From Toensbergia leucococca (Eukaryota): 64,000 bases of DNA. A program made the position numbers and the translations under genes. Location of the stretch: positions 62,001 through 126,000 of the forward strand of contig JALDZS010000030.1 of assembly GCA_022813965.1 (NCBI GenBank), given 5' to 3'. The notes beneath the pieces are model-generated. The model made no database searches and was not told the DNA's origin. It worked only from the letters and a program-made list of their open reading frames with translations. Shown here in pieces: positions 26,693 through 40,866 of the stretch. Position 1 is the stretch's first letter. Each line of letters starts with the position of its first letter.

Positions 26693-28780
26693 CTACTTTC
26701 GGTCGACTATCCGTCCTGCATATGCAAGCACGGATAAAGGGTCTGTAGGCGGATCAGAGTAAGAATCACCCGAGGAATCATCGTGGGACGCCTGTGTACG
26801 CTGGTCCCGGTCCAATGACGAGAGCTGCCCCTCTCGAAAGTGGTGATTTTGCTGGGGTGAAGGCTTTTGAAGGGATTGGCGAGATTCGGATCGGGGGCTT
26901 GTGAGTGATAGGCCCGAAAAATGTCGCGCTTGCGGAGTGTCTGAATTTGTTCGCGAACGTAAGCAAATATGTCAATCCATTAGAAATGCGTGCTCAAGCT
27001 TAGAATAATTCATGAATGGAAGAACAACTAAAAATTTGGGGGTAGTACCTGACGATGTTGAGCCGAAATGAGGGCGTAGAGGAGGGATTGACGTAAAACT
27101 TGGCATGGATTGGCCTGTGTTTGAGGCAAAGCCAGGCTGAGCACCTTGCTCAAGAAACGTTGGGCCGGGCATTGGTTTGAACCCTACAGTGGACAGCGGA
27201 GGTAGTGATCGCTCGGATCTTGAATCAGACTGAGTAAGGGGTGGATAGATTGAAGATGCAGCCGTGCTGCCGTTGGACAAATTGGTTGACCTTGATGATG
27301 TCGTTGACGATGTTGAATTATCGCTGCGATTGAACGTCGCAGCAACATGATTTGATCGTCGAGTATTCGAGATCGGACTGATGCGACCATCTACTGCCGA
27401 GTCGATGAGACCCGAAGTGGGCGTACTTTGTATTGATCGAGACTTTCTATGCTCATAAGGGAGAATGCGTGGGAGCTGCTGGCCTCGCATGAATTCGGCG
27501 TGTCGATCATGATTGCCAAACGAGGCTTGAATATGAGGCGTATTCTGGAGGTACATATTCGGTGGAGAACCCAGGGTGTTCAACGGCAGCGTTGGTGATA
27601 CGGGGCTTGGAGAGGGTCTTCCCGGTAGAGGAGTTGGACATCCGAAGAGCGGATTAGGCGACATGGCCGAGATGGTGCTGCCTGGAGATACATGTCTGCC
27701 GATTCCTGGATGCGACCTGCCGGAATTGGCAGAATCCATCCTGCCACGGCCGGTGGTAATGCTACCTACCGAAGACTCCGTAGCTTCATTCTGGCTGCCC
27801 GCACTTACGCTACTTGCTGGACTCCGCTCTGTTTCTAATCTTTGCCGTTTCCCATCTACTTCAGATTAGTTGGAGTCGAAGTGTTCAAGAGCGGTTCATA
27901 CCTTGATGAGAAGTAGCGTTCTTTGCCTTGAAATCATTTAGGTACTGAGCATAGTCCCGGTAATTTTCTGTCTTTTTATATTTCGTCAATGCCGAGTGAT
28001 ATCGCTCCTTGTCAGATGATGCTTGCAACTCGTAGGGTTCTCTGTCGTCCGGTGACAGAAGTTGCCAGCTCTCCCCAACACGCTTGGCAATTTCGGTAAA
28101 AGAGAGGCTCTGCGGCTTCAGATCTTCCCTGATCTCTGCGAGAGTGATAAGTTTGTATGGTTTGATGCCGTTCAACACTTCGGAGACCTACTGTTTGAGA
28201 ATATGACGTATGCCGAAGGCGGTCTGTCAGGGGCATTTTCGTCGATCTGCAAAAAGGAGAGAAAGTAAGCGTCGGAATGCATCAAAATTCATCTTCCGGG
28301 ATCGTACCTTTGGATGACGTCTATATTTTCTCTTCCCGCTACTTTGAGTCGTATCCTCAGATTTGATAAGATGTGGTTTATCGTCAGCTTCGCCGTATCG
28401 ATGATCCTCGACTGTATTAGATCTTGAGGGAGATGTCAGGAGTTGGTCGGAATTATGTCGTCGGGTGTTTGCTATTTCTCGTTGTAACCTCTGAGATAAA
28501 TTAGCTCCTGTACGTACTATGTTTGCTTTCAAATGAATGCTCCATTGGCTGTTTTGGGGACGCTGTGGACACACCCTTCGATGGCCAAGCTTCACTCCAA
28601 GACTATCACTGCAGACATGATCAGTAATTTGGGACATAGTGCTAAACGGTATAACAAAACCTACAGATCTGATTCTGTGATGTCAAGCACTGTCTCCCAC
28701 GTCTCGAAGCCTTCACTAATAAACCTCTCGAGATATTGTTCGAGGCCCAGTCGAGACAGAACCGGTGTCAATTCAGTCAT
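26693..28780 (-). CDS. SAM-domain + HMG-box protein
   Basis: Exon 1 MTELTPVLSRLGLEQYLERFISEGFETWETVLDITESDL then SLGVKLGHRR (SAM-like); KRKYRRHPK, DENAPDRPPSAYVIF, SFTEIAKRVGESWQLL (HMG box); last exon ends DPLSVLAYAGRIVDRK*. Confidence 0.85.
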
Positions 28781-30700
28781 AAAAACAGCGACACTGGAGT
28801 AACAAGTACTCCAACACGATAGGATTTGCTTCTTCCACACGTAGAGATCACCGCTGTCTTGAATGAGGTGAGTTCAACCATGGAACAAGCTGGCCGCCGG
28901 TGCAAGGATTTTCCCTTTCCAAGCCTCCGTATTTCTTGTATTTTGTGGCCAAGCCCTAGCTTGTACAACGGAGGTATTCTCCCCACTTAGAGGCAAGCGC
29001 CGGTATTTGAATCGTCCAGTGCTTGAAAAGACCAATGTGTGCTTCCAAAGCTTGGCGGCTTTTTCAATGTCCCCTTTGTGGTTCAGCCGGGCAAGCAGAG
29101 GTTAATGGCGGCGCAAGTACGAGAGGGATCAGGTAGGGACATGTGTGGTTGTGCATATGGTGATGAGTCAAGTTTCGGGGAGGAAGAGCAAATAGGATGT
29201 GAAATGATGGCAGAGGATAGTAGGATTCGAAGATCAGCACAGGTTCTGTAAATTGTCATGTTAAGTAAAGTCAGCCACAGTCTTGTCTGAAATGCAGGGA
29301 AAACCCAAGCCCTGAGATCGACGGTTTGGAGGACATCGCGAAGCTCAGGAGCCGGTCAGGGTCATGGTGCAGATTCTGGAATGAGCTAGGGTATGCCCAG
29401 GCCTTATTCTGGGGTGCGACACCAACGAGCCAATAGGGTATATATTCGGGTAGGGCGACAACGTACTTGTAGCAAGCGGAGTGTGTTATGTGACATACAC
29501 TTGTACATTGTGTAGCAAAGAAAGGATGGGCAGGATGGCGCTACAGACAACGGCTACCAGGTCTGCCAAGGGTGATGCTATTCGGAGCCGGAAACGGAGG
29601 ACATGTGTGGCTGTAAGAAGACAGATGGTGAGAGCGGGCAACGCTGTACGACGTCGAAGTTGACAGAGAGGAGGCCACAACGACGAGGGAAGGGCGGAGA
29701 AAAGGAGATAGAAGTCATCGAGCAAAAGGATATCCGCTGCGGAGAACATTGTCGCTACAGATCTGAGATCTCTGAGCGAGATAGGCCGGGTGATTGGTGA
29801 GCGATGCGATTGATACAGCAATGCAGGGCGATGGTGGCGAACAGACGGCGATGTGGCCGTCAATCTCGATCATTGATTTCTCCACTACTCCGTACCCAGC
29901 GGCCTTACATCATCAGCCCAAAACGCTTAGCGGCGTACAGTGTCACCTATGAGGCTATGAGGCTATGGCAGGTAAGGTACCTACGTAAGATCTGGCACCT
30001 CGCCGGCAGAGCCCCCAAACTCAAATGCTAATCGATGACAAGAGTCGTCTTCGATCCAGTTCTCTCATCCTGAGCAATTACCCATATCCTCACGTCATGT
30101 TTAGTTGAGCCTGAATCCCCTGCTTTAAGACCCTTCATCACCGATTGCTGTGCCACAGCCAATGAAAGTCAAGCCTCAAGCCAGCAGCTGTTACGCGAAT
30201 CGGGATCTGATCGAATCGTACCGCTCCATCGAATTTTGTTCATGCTCATACATTTTAACATCGACACCATCGAGGTTTGGCACACACGAAGCCTAGAATT
30301 TACCTGATTATGAGAATTCGGTTCACCAGGAGTGACGGAAATCATTGCCGTTTTTGATGGGGAGAAGTAAGGCTGAAAACCGGCAACATTTTCTGATTCC
30401 CCCTGGTAGAATAGTTGTTGCGCAAATGTGTCGCAATATGGATCGAATAGAATCTATCCGTAAATCGACCGAGGGGTTAGCCGAGGAATTTAAAATATCA
30501 AACCATCTCATTATCAAGGAACTTCAACGCTTAGTTACGAGTGATTATGATTGAGATTGGTGTCGTTACGTATTGTTGCAGGCAGCCGACAAAGTGAAGA
30601 ACACGATGAAGTGCTGCCCACCTCTTAGTCCCAACAATACGAGCTTTATCCGGACGTCCCTTCGTATCTCAAGTCGGCCTCAAATCCTGCCAATCACACC

Positions 30701-31088
30701 ATGCCCACGGACAGGCAATCTTCCGGACCTGCCTCGGCTCTCTCAGACACAGATCTCATAAAAGTTCGTTTCCTCTGTCCGTCGTGCTGAGGACTACTTA
30801 GTAATCGTCGTCCTGCAGGCCTTTCAAGAACTTGCAAAGTCTGTCCCGACCCGTCCACCCTCGCTCCGCGATATACTATTCGATAGTTGAAAGACAAAAC
30901 TAACCTAGAGCTCTAGGGGCGAAAGGACGGCATCAGCCATGGAAACCCAACTCACAAGTCTAGAACAGAAAATCGATGAATTGCTTGCTAGCGTTGATGT
31001 GGATAGCGACAACACCGTCATGGAGAAGGATGAGACCAGGGCTGGTATCAAGGAAAGTGGCAAGGGAGGGGTGAGAGAGGAGAAGTAA
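30701..31088 (+). CDS. Small 84-aa spliced coiled-coil protein of unknown function (not in ORF track)
   Basis: Exons 30701-30763, 30819-30838, 30917-31088 joined by GT-AG introns; CACC-ATG context; core AFQELAKGERTASAMETQLTSLEQKIDELLASVD. Confidence 0.75.
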
Positions 31089-31418
31089 AGGGAGGCTTGA
31101 AGGTGTTCTCCTGATGTCGGTGAGAATGAGGGCAGGTAGAGATAAGCTCTCGGTACGTTGTGTGGAAAAGGCATAGTAGCGACACTCGGCGAGGCTCTCG
31201 TGTGTGCTTGTGTGCTTAAGCACTCATGCCTATCTCATTTCCTGGTATCATTCATCGTTGTCACACTACCTACGCCATTATTATTATTGCCGCACCATGG
31301 TAATCCAGAGCCGGCTTTATCCAAGTTTGCCGGGGCAGTCCCAAAATAGACGCAGGTACACCGGTAAGATGCAGACCGCCACAGAAATCCTCCAACCTGA
31401 TCGACTTGTGTGACCACA

Positions 31419-34400
31419 TCAGGACCCCACCTGTCTCACTGCCAGCCTGGCCCCACTACTTATCCTCTTCTGCAATTTTCCTTCCCGCTCCTTGTCTCTT
31501 TCTGCTGGGCTTGCAGTTAGTCCGCCTCTAATGTTCGGTAATGCGCCCAACGTATCTCTTCCAGCCTTTTGATCAATGTATAGTTGTGCCGACGGAGAAA
31601 GAGGAAAGGCAGGCAATGAAGTAGGTATCTCTGCACCGTTCTGAACCAGCAGCTCGGCGATCGGGAAGGCTACGACTTTGTTACCAGTAGGTGTGGAAGA
31701 TCGGACAATCGGAGATGTGGCGACGGATGAGGTGCCAGATGGGGAAGCGGGGTCGGCGGCGGCAAGGGCGAGGAACACAGAGTGGGTATTTCGGGAGCGG
31801 TCTGTAGAGTTGGGATTTGCGCGCAGTGCAAGAGCATACAGAACGCCTTGAATGTCATTCTTTTTGATCGAAGCGAGCAGCGTTTCATCGGCCGTGGAAT
31901 AATGTGACAGTGTCGACGAGATAGGAGTCACATAGGCCTTCTCGACATACTTGGCCGTGATGAACTTAAGTCGTTGTTCACGATTTGCTTGAGGGGATAT
32001 TTTCTTAGATTCGTCTAGCTTTGCTTCCCATATCATGTTGCTTACGCGATTTCCAATCTGTAGGATGGCTTCGACGATATCAGTAGTGAAGGAAATGGTA
32101 TCAAGCGTTAGGGAACGGATCTTCGAGATATGGGTTCCAAGGGAGCGGTGTATACCGCTACATTCAATGCAGAGCACTATTCCTAGGTTGATAGACACCC
32201 ATTCGGTCTTGATTCCAGAGCCACAATCAGCGCACCAACAATTGCCGTGATCGGTATCCCGGACAATCTGGAGGAGTTTAGAAGGGTTCTCTTCGAAACT
32301 GCTACTGTCGGACCTTATATAAGTAGGGCGAGCCCCAACAGTTGTCCTCCTGTGGACGCCAATGTTTGCAGCACTACTCAAACTCGATGGTGAGTGATAC
32401 TGATGATGTCCCGAGTATGATGAGCTTTTCCCAGTAAGAACAGACCCGATATCTCGATGGGTTGACTTTTCTCCAGTCGGTGAAGGCGTGAATGGTTGAT
32501 GCTGGCCTCTACCCTCCACGGCACTTTGTAGAGCATTGTTCAAAGCATTGATCCAATTGTTCATGTCTTCTTCGGAAGGAGCCTGGTAGACACGCTTGTA
32601 CTGAGGCGTGATGACCTCGAAGCAAAACCTTCGTTCAGCATTTCGAGCCTCTCGAACCGACGCCATCCGCAGATCGATGGGTTCCATATGCAGGTCAAGC
32701 CTTTGTTTCCAATTACTATACTCCGACAGCCTTCCTTGGTCGAGCACTATCCAAAATCTAGACAAATCAGCTCCTATCACATTCAAATCAAATAAACAGA
32801 GCGACGTACTTATGCCATGCTTGCTTGTTCAGGCCCTTCGGATCAACATGCGAGCCTGGTCTACTCAAAGCCCAAAGCAAGCCTTCTTTGCGCTGTTGAG
32901 CGGCTATCCTCTCTAACCCAGCCGAAGCACTATAGTCCTTCTCCTCTAAATCACGAATACCTTTATACCTGTCCTGACTTGGAGTGCCTACTAGGATACC
33001 GCTAGCTGGTCGGGCTGCCGATGAAGAAGAAAGGCCATTGCTGGGAGATGGTGCGGATAACACTGAGCTAAGTTGAGACGCAGAAGACGAAGTGTAGTGA
33101 AGTCCATTGCGTCCACTGCTGTCAGCGCGAGATAGCTCGGAATCAGTAACATGTGCCCCGTTGGTGTTGGTATTCGCCAGGATTGCTGGCGCTGCAATGG
33201 TGCTGCTGACTTCGGGCTCAATGTACGTTTTTGTGCTCTTCTCTAGTGTTCTTCGCTTCTCTTCTCGCTCCGTCCGCTGAAATTGGAATTCTTTGTCTGC
33301 CTCCTTCACTTCGTGGATCAACGCTTCAAGCTGTGGAGTCATTTCTTCAACCTTTTTAGCGGTCAGTAGGTAACTCTTTGCCTGGGTTTCTGCATATTTA
33401 GTCAACTGCGATAGCAACTCTTGCTCTTTCCTCCCACCATGCAAGTCCTGCATAAATGAAGAGTAGTCAAACCGTCTAAGCTCGAAGTCGCGTCTTTTAT
33501 TCTGGTATTTTGAGTCGCTCTCGTTTCGCTTCTTTTCTTTCAATGAGTCTTGTCGCTGACCGAGGTATCGACTGACGTAGGCGTAGTAGTCCCGACTCTC
33601 ATCCTCAAAATCCTTTTTCTTGGCTTCAGCTTGCTTGATATCGATATTGTAGAGTCGCGAAAGAGGATCGATGATAAGTTTTTGCAAGTGTACAGTGTTC
33701 TCCTTCTCATACAGCAGAATTTGCCGAGCAATCTTTTCGAAGTAATGCTCCAAAGCCGGTTGGACTGCATTTGCGTTGGACGCTGATGCTTCTCGAAGTG
33801 CTTCCATAAAAGCTGCGACGGCATCGTTACATTCCACCTGGGCTACTTGAGCTCCTTCTGCCTTTCTTAGCACTTTTTTCATCCTCATCCGCATGTTTCC
33901 TGTCTTCTGTTCGAGCGCCTTCATCGTCGCACGGAACAATGGACCATCTTCGACAGCGCTCATATCTTCGCCAGGTCTTTGGCATGAGACATCCACCTTT
34001 TGAGAATCCTTGGTCATGATTTGCGGAAAAGTTGCACCGTTATCCATCCCGTCGATCGGTGAAGGAGGGTCGCGAAAATCGTAAAGCCCGTCTGAATCAC
34101 TAAGTCCGGACTGGACTGATTGTGCTGATATCACCCGTAGTCTAGGTGGAACAATCATCTCAAACGAAGGTGATGGTATCTGGGGACTGTTCAATACTCG
34201 CTGGGTATTCTGAACCCAGAAGTGAAAGGTTGCTAATGAAGTGAGTCGATGTGCTCTTTGGTCATATTCAACGAAACGGCAGGTATTTCGCCATCCTCCA
34301 CCTTTATCCTCTATTACTTTTGGCGGTCGCCATCTCCACGACCACTCAAACTGGACCGATGAACTTCCGCTCGTTGAGTAGTCACCTACAAGCTCAACAT

Positions 34401-34961
34401 TGGAGTTCTTGTGAAGATTTGGATCTGCGTGAAATTCTCTAGTCACCAGATTGTCGAGTTCCTTGTTATTGGAGGCGAACGCAAAAGTGAGGCCGTTGAT
34501 AATCGTATCCGTGGCGCTATTGATTCCTGCCGCGCAGTTCTGTCCTTGTCGGATGACAAAAGTAAAGCTGAAGATGAGATCGTCATCATTATTTAGACGC
34601 AGCAAGAATGACGGTATAGGTGATGTTGGAGAATATTCTGGATCCTAGCAAAATGGAGACCTTTCTCAGCCGAAGGCCTCAGGAGTGAAGGAGAGGGTAA
34701 AAAGACCTGTATGTATTCTACAAGGCTCTCATCACCGACCTGTCTCTTCGCAATCACCCGAGTTGCAGGATAGGCATTTGGAGCCAGGTTAAGTAAGATT
34801 CGTCGCTGAGAGTTTGATATTATGAGTGATGTAATAGATACTTTTTTTGGACAGCATCAGCAAAGGTTGCTAGGCATTAGATCGTAAGTGGACCTACGAC
34901 GCTTCTGATCTCTTAAATGCAGCACAGGGCCCTCCTCCGGCCGACTACTAACATTGCCCAT
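31419..34961 (-). CDS. BAR-PH-ArfGAP protein (S. pombe Csx2-like)
   Basis: Start MGNVSSRP; EDGPLFRATMKALE (BAR), RKEGLLWAL...RRFCFEVITP (PH), CADC-x16-CIECSGIHR (ArfGAP zinc finger with Arg finger). Confidence 0.92.
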
Positions 34962-35841
34962 CCACACGACCTGGGAGCGTAGGCTCCACAACAGCTACGG
35001 ATGACTGAATGGGAGGTATTAAAACTCGAGTATTGATGGGAGGTCAAGAGGTGAAGCCCGTGGAGATGTTGACATAAGCTATCGTTGAAAAAGTGCTCTC
35101 AGGTTTGGTCGAGACAACGGCGTCAACGAAGGGTCACCCCCGCTTCTCTGGAGTTTGGCAGTGAGGTGCTCGCGCGTGACTCATGATGTTTGATGGATGA
35201 TTGTGTATGGATACAGATGGGATGGTGCAATGGCGAGATATTCGGTGGAGTAATTTCTCAATGGATATAGGTAAGTAGGTAGGTAGGTAAGCCCTATCAT
35301 GTACTCGTCGTACCTAACCTCGAGCCTACCTTGCTGTAAGAGTACAAGTACGGAGCAATTGGGCGTAAAAAGGTCACCGTACTCGATAAAGGCTGTCTCC
35401 GCTGTCTGGCTGTGGCTGTCTAGTGGCCGGCAGTGTGATGCAGGGACCCGGCTCCCGTAATAGGTACGGATACCGCGATCCGGACTGCCACTTTCGTCGC
35501 CTCCTCCCATGGAGTCAAAATATTGAGCAGGGTGGATTACGTCTTGACGAGAATCACATTTTGAAAGTGGGCTTGGTAGCGATTCTCAATGTATTTTATC
35601 TCCCACTAATAGCCAACCCAAGCGCAAGGTCCCACGGCTAGATATACCAGAATTGAACAACGGAGAATGTATATACAACTCTTACTACTCCCCATCCGAA
35701 CTTCCCCTTAAATGCCCCAAATCCAGATCGTCCAACGCCTTCTAACGTTTGCCGAATGCCCTAACCCCTATATTGAAGCTCCCGAAGCGTCCGAAATCTT
35801 ACAGCTCCTGTGGACTCCAATCTCGCCTCAATTCCAGCCAT

Positions 35842-38717
35842 CTAACGACCTCTCTCACCTGAGTCATCAACTTCAATCTTATCCCTTTCGCCAGCGCAGT
35901 ATTCTAATATCAGCCTCTCCAAATCCATCAGTTTGTATGGTTTTGTCATGAAACCTTCCATCCCAACTTCCTTTGCTCTCTCTAATGCCTCATCTGTGAC
36001 GTCTGCACTGACAGCTAGCACGGTAACGTCCTGCTTCCTCCTCGCCCTGTCGTCATCGTCTTCTCTTGAGATCCCCTTTTCTCGTCTTCGGTGCTTGTCC
36101 ATGGCAAGAATCTTCTCCGTGGCTTCGTAGCCATCCATGTTCGGCATCCATAGGTCCATTAATACTACATCGATTTCGTCCTCTTTTCGTGCCGCACGGT
36201 CAACGGCCATTTGACGGACTGCATCAGCGCCGTCGTAAGCTTCATGGATGGTGTCGTATCCGAATTTTGAAAGCATGTTCACAAGAAGTTTGCGATTGAT
36301 CTTGTTATCTTCCGCAACAAGAAAGGTAAGGGGATGTTTCTTGGCCAGGTTACGATCAAAGGTCAGAGTCTTCCGGACCGAGGCACGTCGGTCTGCGGAA
36401 GCTTGGCCTTGGGAAAGGCTGTTTCGACGTGAGGGTGAAGAAGGGACGAGAGGAGATGTAGCTTTAGCAAATGCGGACGCATCTGGCGTTTTAGTTTTAC
36501 CGCTAGTGCCATGGCGACTGGTACGCCGACGGTCCAATGGTGACGTGTGACGGCCTTCCTTAATTGGAACAAGTGATTCGTCAGCACGCGCACGGGAAGG
36601 GGTTGGCGAGCGAGATGGTGTGCTGGCTCTGCTGTTATGGTCAGGAGAGGAAATTGGCACTCTAAGCTCGAATTCCGACCCTCGTTGGGAGCCTGACGTG
36701 TCAGACCTAACGCAAATAAGATCTCCACCAATCCTACGGGCAAGGCCCTTGGCTACAAGAAGACCCAGCCCAAGGCCTTCTTTCTGCCGCGTAAGCGAAT
36801 CATCTTCGCGCGAAAACGGCTTGAACAGTTCGGGGAGGAAGGCTTTGGGGATCCCAGGCCCCGTGTCCGTGACATTGATAACAACGTAGCGCGACTTAGG
36901 GCTCAGCAATGCCTTCAAGGTTATCTTGCCAGTTTCAGTGAATTTGATGGCGTTTAGAAACACACATGACACGAGCTTTGCGAGATCACGTTCATCAACT
37001 TGTGAGAATAATCAGTAATCAGCTGGGCATTGATATGGTATGAAGATATCTGCTTACCGAAAACAGTTTCTGGTACTGAAGGATCCACGGACCATTCAAT
37101 CATTTTACTTGCCACGTCACCTTTCGAAGTCTTGGTCCTGACTTCAATTATTTCCCCACGATCCGTGTCTTCAGCGATTGCTGAGTCAGGTCTGCCTCCC
37201 ATCCTCAAGGATTCGTTGATGATAACGTGGAGGAGTTCACGAATTTTAGTATGGCGGAACCCAGGTGTAACCGTCGATTCAGGATCAGACGCCTCAAGAG
37301 CAAGCTCTATACTCGCAGCCGTGAGGTTAGGCTGTCCGGCGCGACGCAGAGTCTCGCCAGCTTTGATGCTAGCTGAGGTAACGCTGTTGATGTCACCGCT
37401 TTCTTCCACAGCGGATAATATTGCTATCATACGGGGGGAGATCGAACGATTAGGAGTCGAGCTTGTAGACTCCCCTACGTTGTGCTTGGTAGCTGGTCCT
37501 GTGTTCCATTCTATCGAGGTGCTCCTTCGTCTCTTAGCTCGTTTGATAGGAATGTTGTTTCCCTCGATGAGTATATTTGGGCGCTTTTCGACGCCTGACA
37601 TATTCGAATGCACATCGACGCTGTCATCATCCATGGGAGGGACAGGGGTATCCGGAACTTGCATGTTTAGATCATACGCGTGGACAACGTTGTCAGCAGC
37701 CTCTACAGCTCTTCGCGAGCTGTCTAGTGGGAGTGTTATTGAATGACCATGGAGTAATGTGGGTAGAATTAAGCGCTCACCTTGCACTACCTCGATGTTT
37801 TCCCGCAAAGTCTTAAATATGGTTCGCACGTTCGGGTCAGATTGACCTTCCAGAGATTCCTGGACAGTAGCATGCATGACATCAAGCATCCCCACGACAC
37901 CTTGCATCGGCGTCCTCAATTCATGTGAAAGACTTCGGGCATATGGCTTCAGTGATTGTGAAGCTGTGACTGCGTCTTGGGGAATAACACTAGCAGCCAT
38001 ATTAGAATCCACCGGCTTGGAAAACCCCTGGCCATCGACCAGACGCTGCACAATGAGATCCTCTAATGAATGCAACAGCATCTCCACATAGCCCCAGCTT
38101 AGATCCATCTTTGCCAGACCCTCCTTGGTCCACATCATGCCAAAGTGAGCGAAACATTTGCCCTCGGAGAATAGGGGTATGCCAAGATAGGCCTCCTGCG
38201 GAAATGGGAAATTATTGACGTTTTCTGTAATAAATTCGTTGAGCCCGGTCGGGACCAAGAATACCTTGTCGTGCCTCATATGCGCACAAGGCGCGCCATA
38301 GGCAATATACTTGTAATCTCTGTGGTAGCCCTCGACCTTATGACCGTCGTTGTAGAAAAAGGCTACTCCGAGTAGACAGGATCCTGGTTGTCCAATCGGT
38401 GGCATCTCGATGGCAGAATCCTCGTCATCCACAAGTATTCTCTTGGCAACAAAGCCATACTGAGCGTCGGTGATGTCTGTCATGCCCTCCATCAGCGCGA
38501 GCCAGAAATCTTCAGTCGAGGCAACCCTAAGCTTTGCTTTGAGCATCATGAGCTTCTCGGCCGCATTGTTCTCACCACGTGGATAGTGTCGCTGGACGGT
38601 GCTGCGAAAATCCTTGTCGCCATGGTGTGCGGCGACGCCTGGTTCGCCGCTTGACACGCAAAGCAGCTTCCTCTCTATCATCTTCGCCCGAACATCCTTT
38701 CCAGGGGCTTCCGCCAT
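35842..38717 (-). CDS. Hybrid histidine kinase (GAF-like sensor, HisKA, HATPase, receiver); start uncertain
   Basis: H-box LSHELRTPMQG, N-box LNAIKFT, G1 DTGPGI, F-box LFKPF, G2 GLGLGL; receiver VAEDN, VLMDLWMPNMDG, TKP. First in-frame ATG is at 38717 but the frame is open further upstream. Confidence 0.92.
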
Positions 38718-40248
38718 ATCCTCAGCAACCGGGCTAAGTCTTTCGCATTCATGAGGTTCACCGTCAACAGTGGATAATTGGTCGGTATCGCCAGGACACG
38801 ATGCTATTAGGGCCAAGTGAAAGGACCAGTGTTTACCGCGGAACCAATTTGCTGGACCGTAAGCCACGAAAAAGCTTGACGGGAATATGACAGAGAATGT
38901 TCGCGGCAAAAGGCCAGCGCTCAAGAGAATTGTGATGGTAGCAGTATCACCGGTGGTCGCAAAGACAGGCAAAAGACAATTGAACAGACCGGGGGCCAGG
39001 TTGTTGTTGGTTTGCTTAGTAGGAAGACTGGAGGTAAGTCATGCTCCTACCACCGAAAGTGGGCCGCAAGATTCGACTGCGGTCTAGAACGGGCGTCTGG
39101 AATTTCGGATGTTCCAAAATCTTGGTCCTCTGGCGTTTTAGCCACGTCTCCCGCGCCAATGACGCAGTCCAGCCACCGTCACCTCAGCACATCAGCCTGA
39201 CATGATTAAAAGCTTCCTCCGGACTACGAATACTACCGTACGTTACGCAGAGATTAACTTTCCACTTGCACAACCACCAGATCAGATGATTTCCAAGCTG
39301 CCGTAGTGTCCAAGAGAACAGTGGCTGCACTGATGCCAAATCCGACCATCCGTTGCCGCATCCTCGAGCCTGGACCCATTCGAATCCGGTTAGCTTAACT
39401 GTCAATCTCTGAACTCTCGCTATGCCTTCAGATCCGCTGGCTTTACAGCGTTAGCAGGTTCTGGATTCATCGGTTAAGTAAATCTTATCCCCTTTCCACT
39501 TTGTAAATTTGCACAGGATTTAGGAGGCCACACACTGTCGCCATCTGCGTCACTGCACAGTAGAGTGACCCAGACGAGCGCCTAGCCATGTGTACAGGGC
39601 GTCCGCGGAGCATTTTATTAAATTATGGCTGTTGCCCTGCGCTGAGCATTGAACGCTATCAAAGAATATAGATGGTGTTTCATTACTTGTCATCATGACA
39701 TGGGAATGGTGTGGTTCAATGAGGGGCCAGAGCTGAGGCGGTGACTGGCTTCTTCGGCGATCCTCTCACAAGTGTGACACGCAGCACCATCTAGAGCAAC
39801 CGAGGGTTTTATTTCCCATAGCAATGCACGGAGATAAAGCCTTCCGAGCACGAGGACATGGGCAGCCAGAGCGATTTAGTAGGTAGGACTATGTCGATGG
39901 CTCTGGCGACCTCGTACCTACCAAGGGTCATAGGGTAAGGCAACAGGCCGGCTCGTCATAATTGGACGTCATGCAGAAAAGCTTATGTGGAATTAAATTG
40001 ACCATAAACTAACAAATTAAAGTAGCGTCCGTCTGGAAAATCTAGGCTCTCAAAGGGGAAGGCTTTGAGTCAAAGTTTGTACCTACCTACCTGGGTGGCC
40101 GACGTGGTGGTAGGTGCACGATTAGGGCTCTATCAGCCTTCAGCCCTCTCGCTTGCCATTAGCTTACATAATCCTCCCACGCCGATTTCCTCTGCATTTT
40201 GAACGGCTACCCGGAACACAACACATACTACCTATCATCATCACCAAT

Positions 40249-40866
40249 ATGGCGAAAGAGCGTAGCGGAATCGCTATCGGTCTCAACAAGGGCCATGTTC
40301 GTTATCTTCCTCGCTCCTGTTGCAGACAATAAATATTCGCGAAGAGGACCAAAAGCACTAACGATGAAAAATGTACCAGAAAACCGCCGCTCGCGAAGCA
40401 AAACCACGCATCTCTCGCAGCAAAGGTCATCTAAGCAAGCGTACCGCATTCGTTAGGGAGATCGTCAAGGAGGTGTCTGGGTACGTCTGTAAATCTGCTT
40501 GTTGGGACAAGGCACTACGAATATATCTCCATGATAGCTACCTCAGTGCCTGCCTTGAGATTTCAAATTGCGAAAGCTAACCTTTTACCTTCTCTCACTA
40601 GACTTGCCCCATATGAGCGTCGTGTCATCGAACTTCTCCGTAACAGCAAAGACAAGCGAGCTAGAAAGTTAGCCAAGAAGCGTGTATGTGAAGCTTCTTG
40701 CTCCAACCTATGCTGTGCACCAGTCAAATCTCTACGCATACACCAGAGGGTCTTAGTATGCTAATTTGTACTGGGTGGACTGTAGCTTGGAACTTTTGGA
40801 CGAGCGAAGCGAAAGGTCGACGAATTGCAGAGGGTGATTGCTGAGTCAAGGAGGGCAGCTCACTAG
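40249..40866 (+). CDS. RPL36: 60S ribosomal protein L36 (eL36)
   Basis: Spliced [16 protein letters not shown]...[69 protein letters not shown]. Confidence 0.96.
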
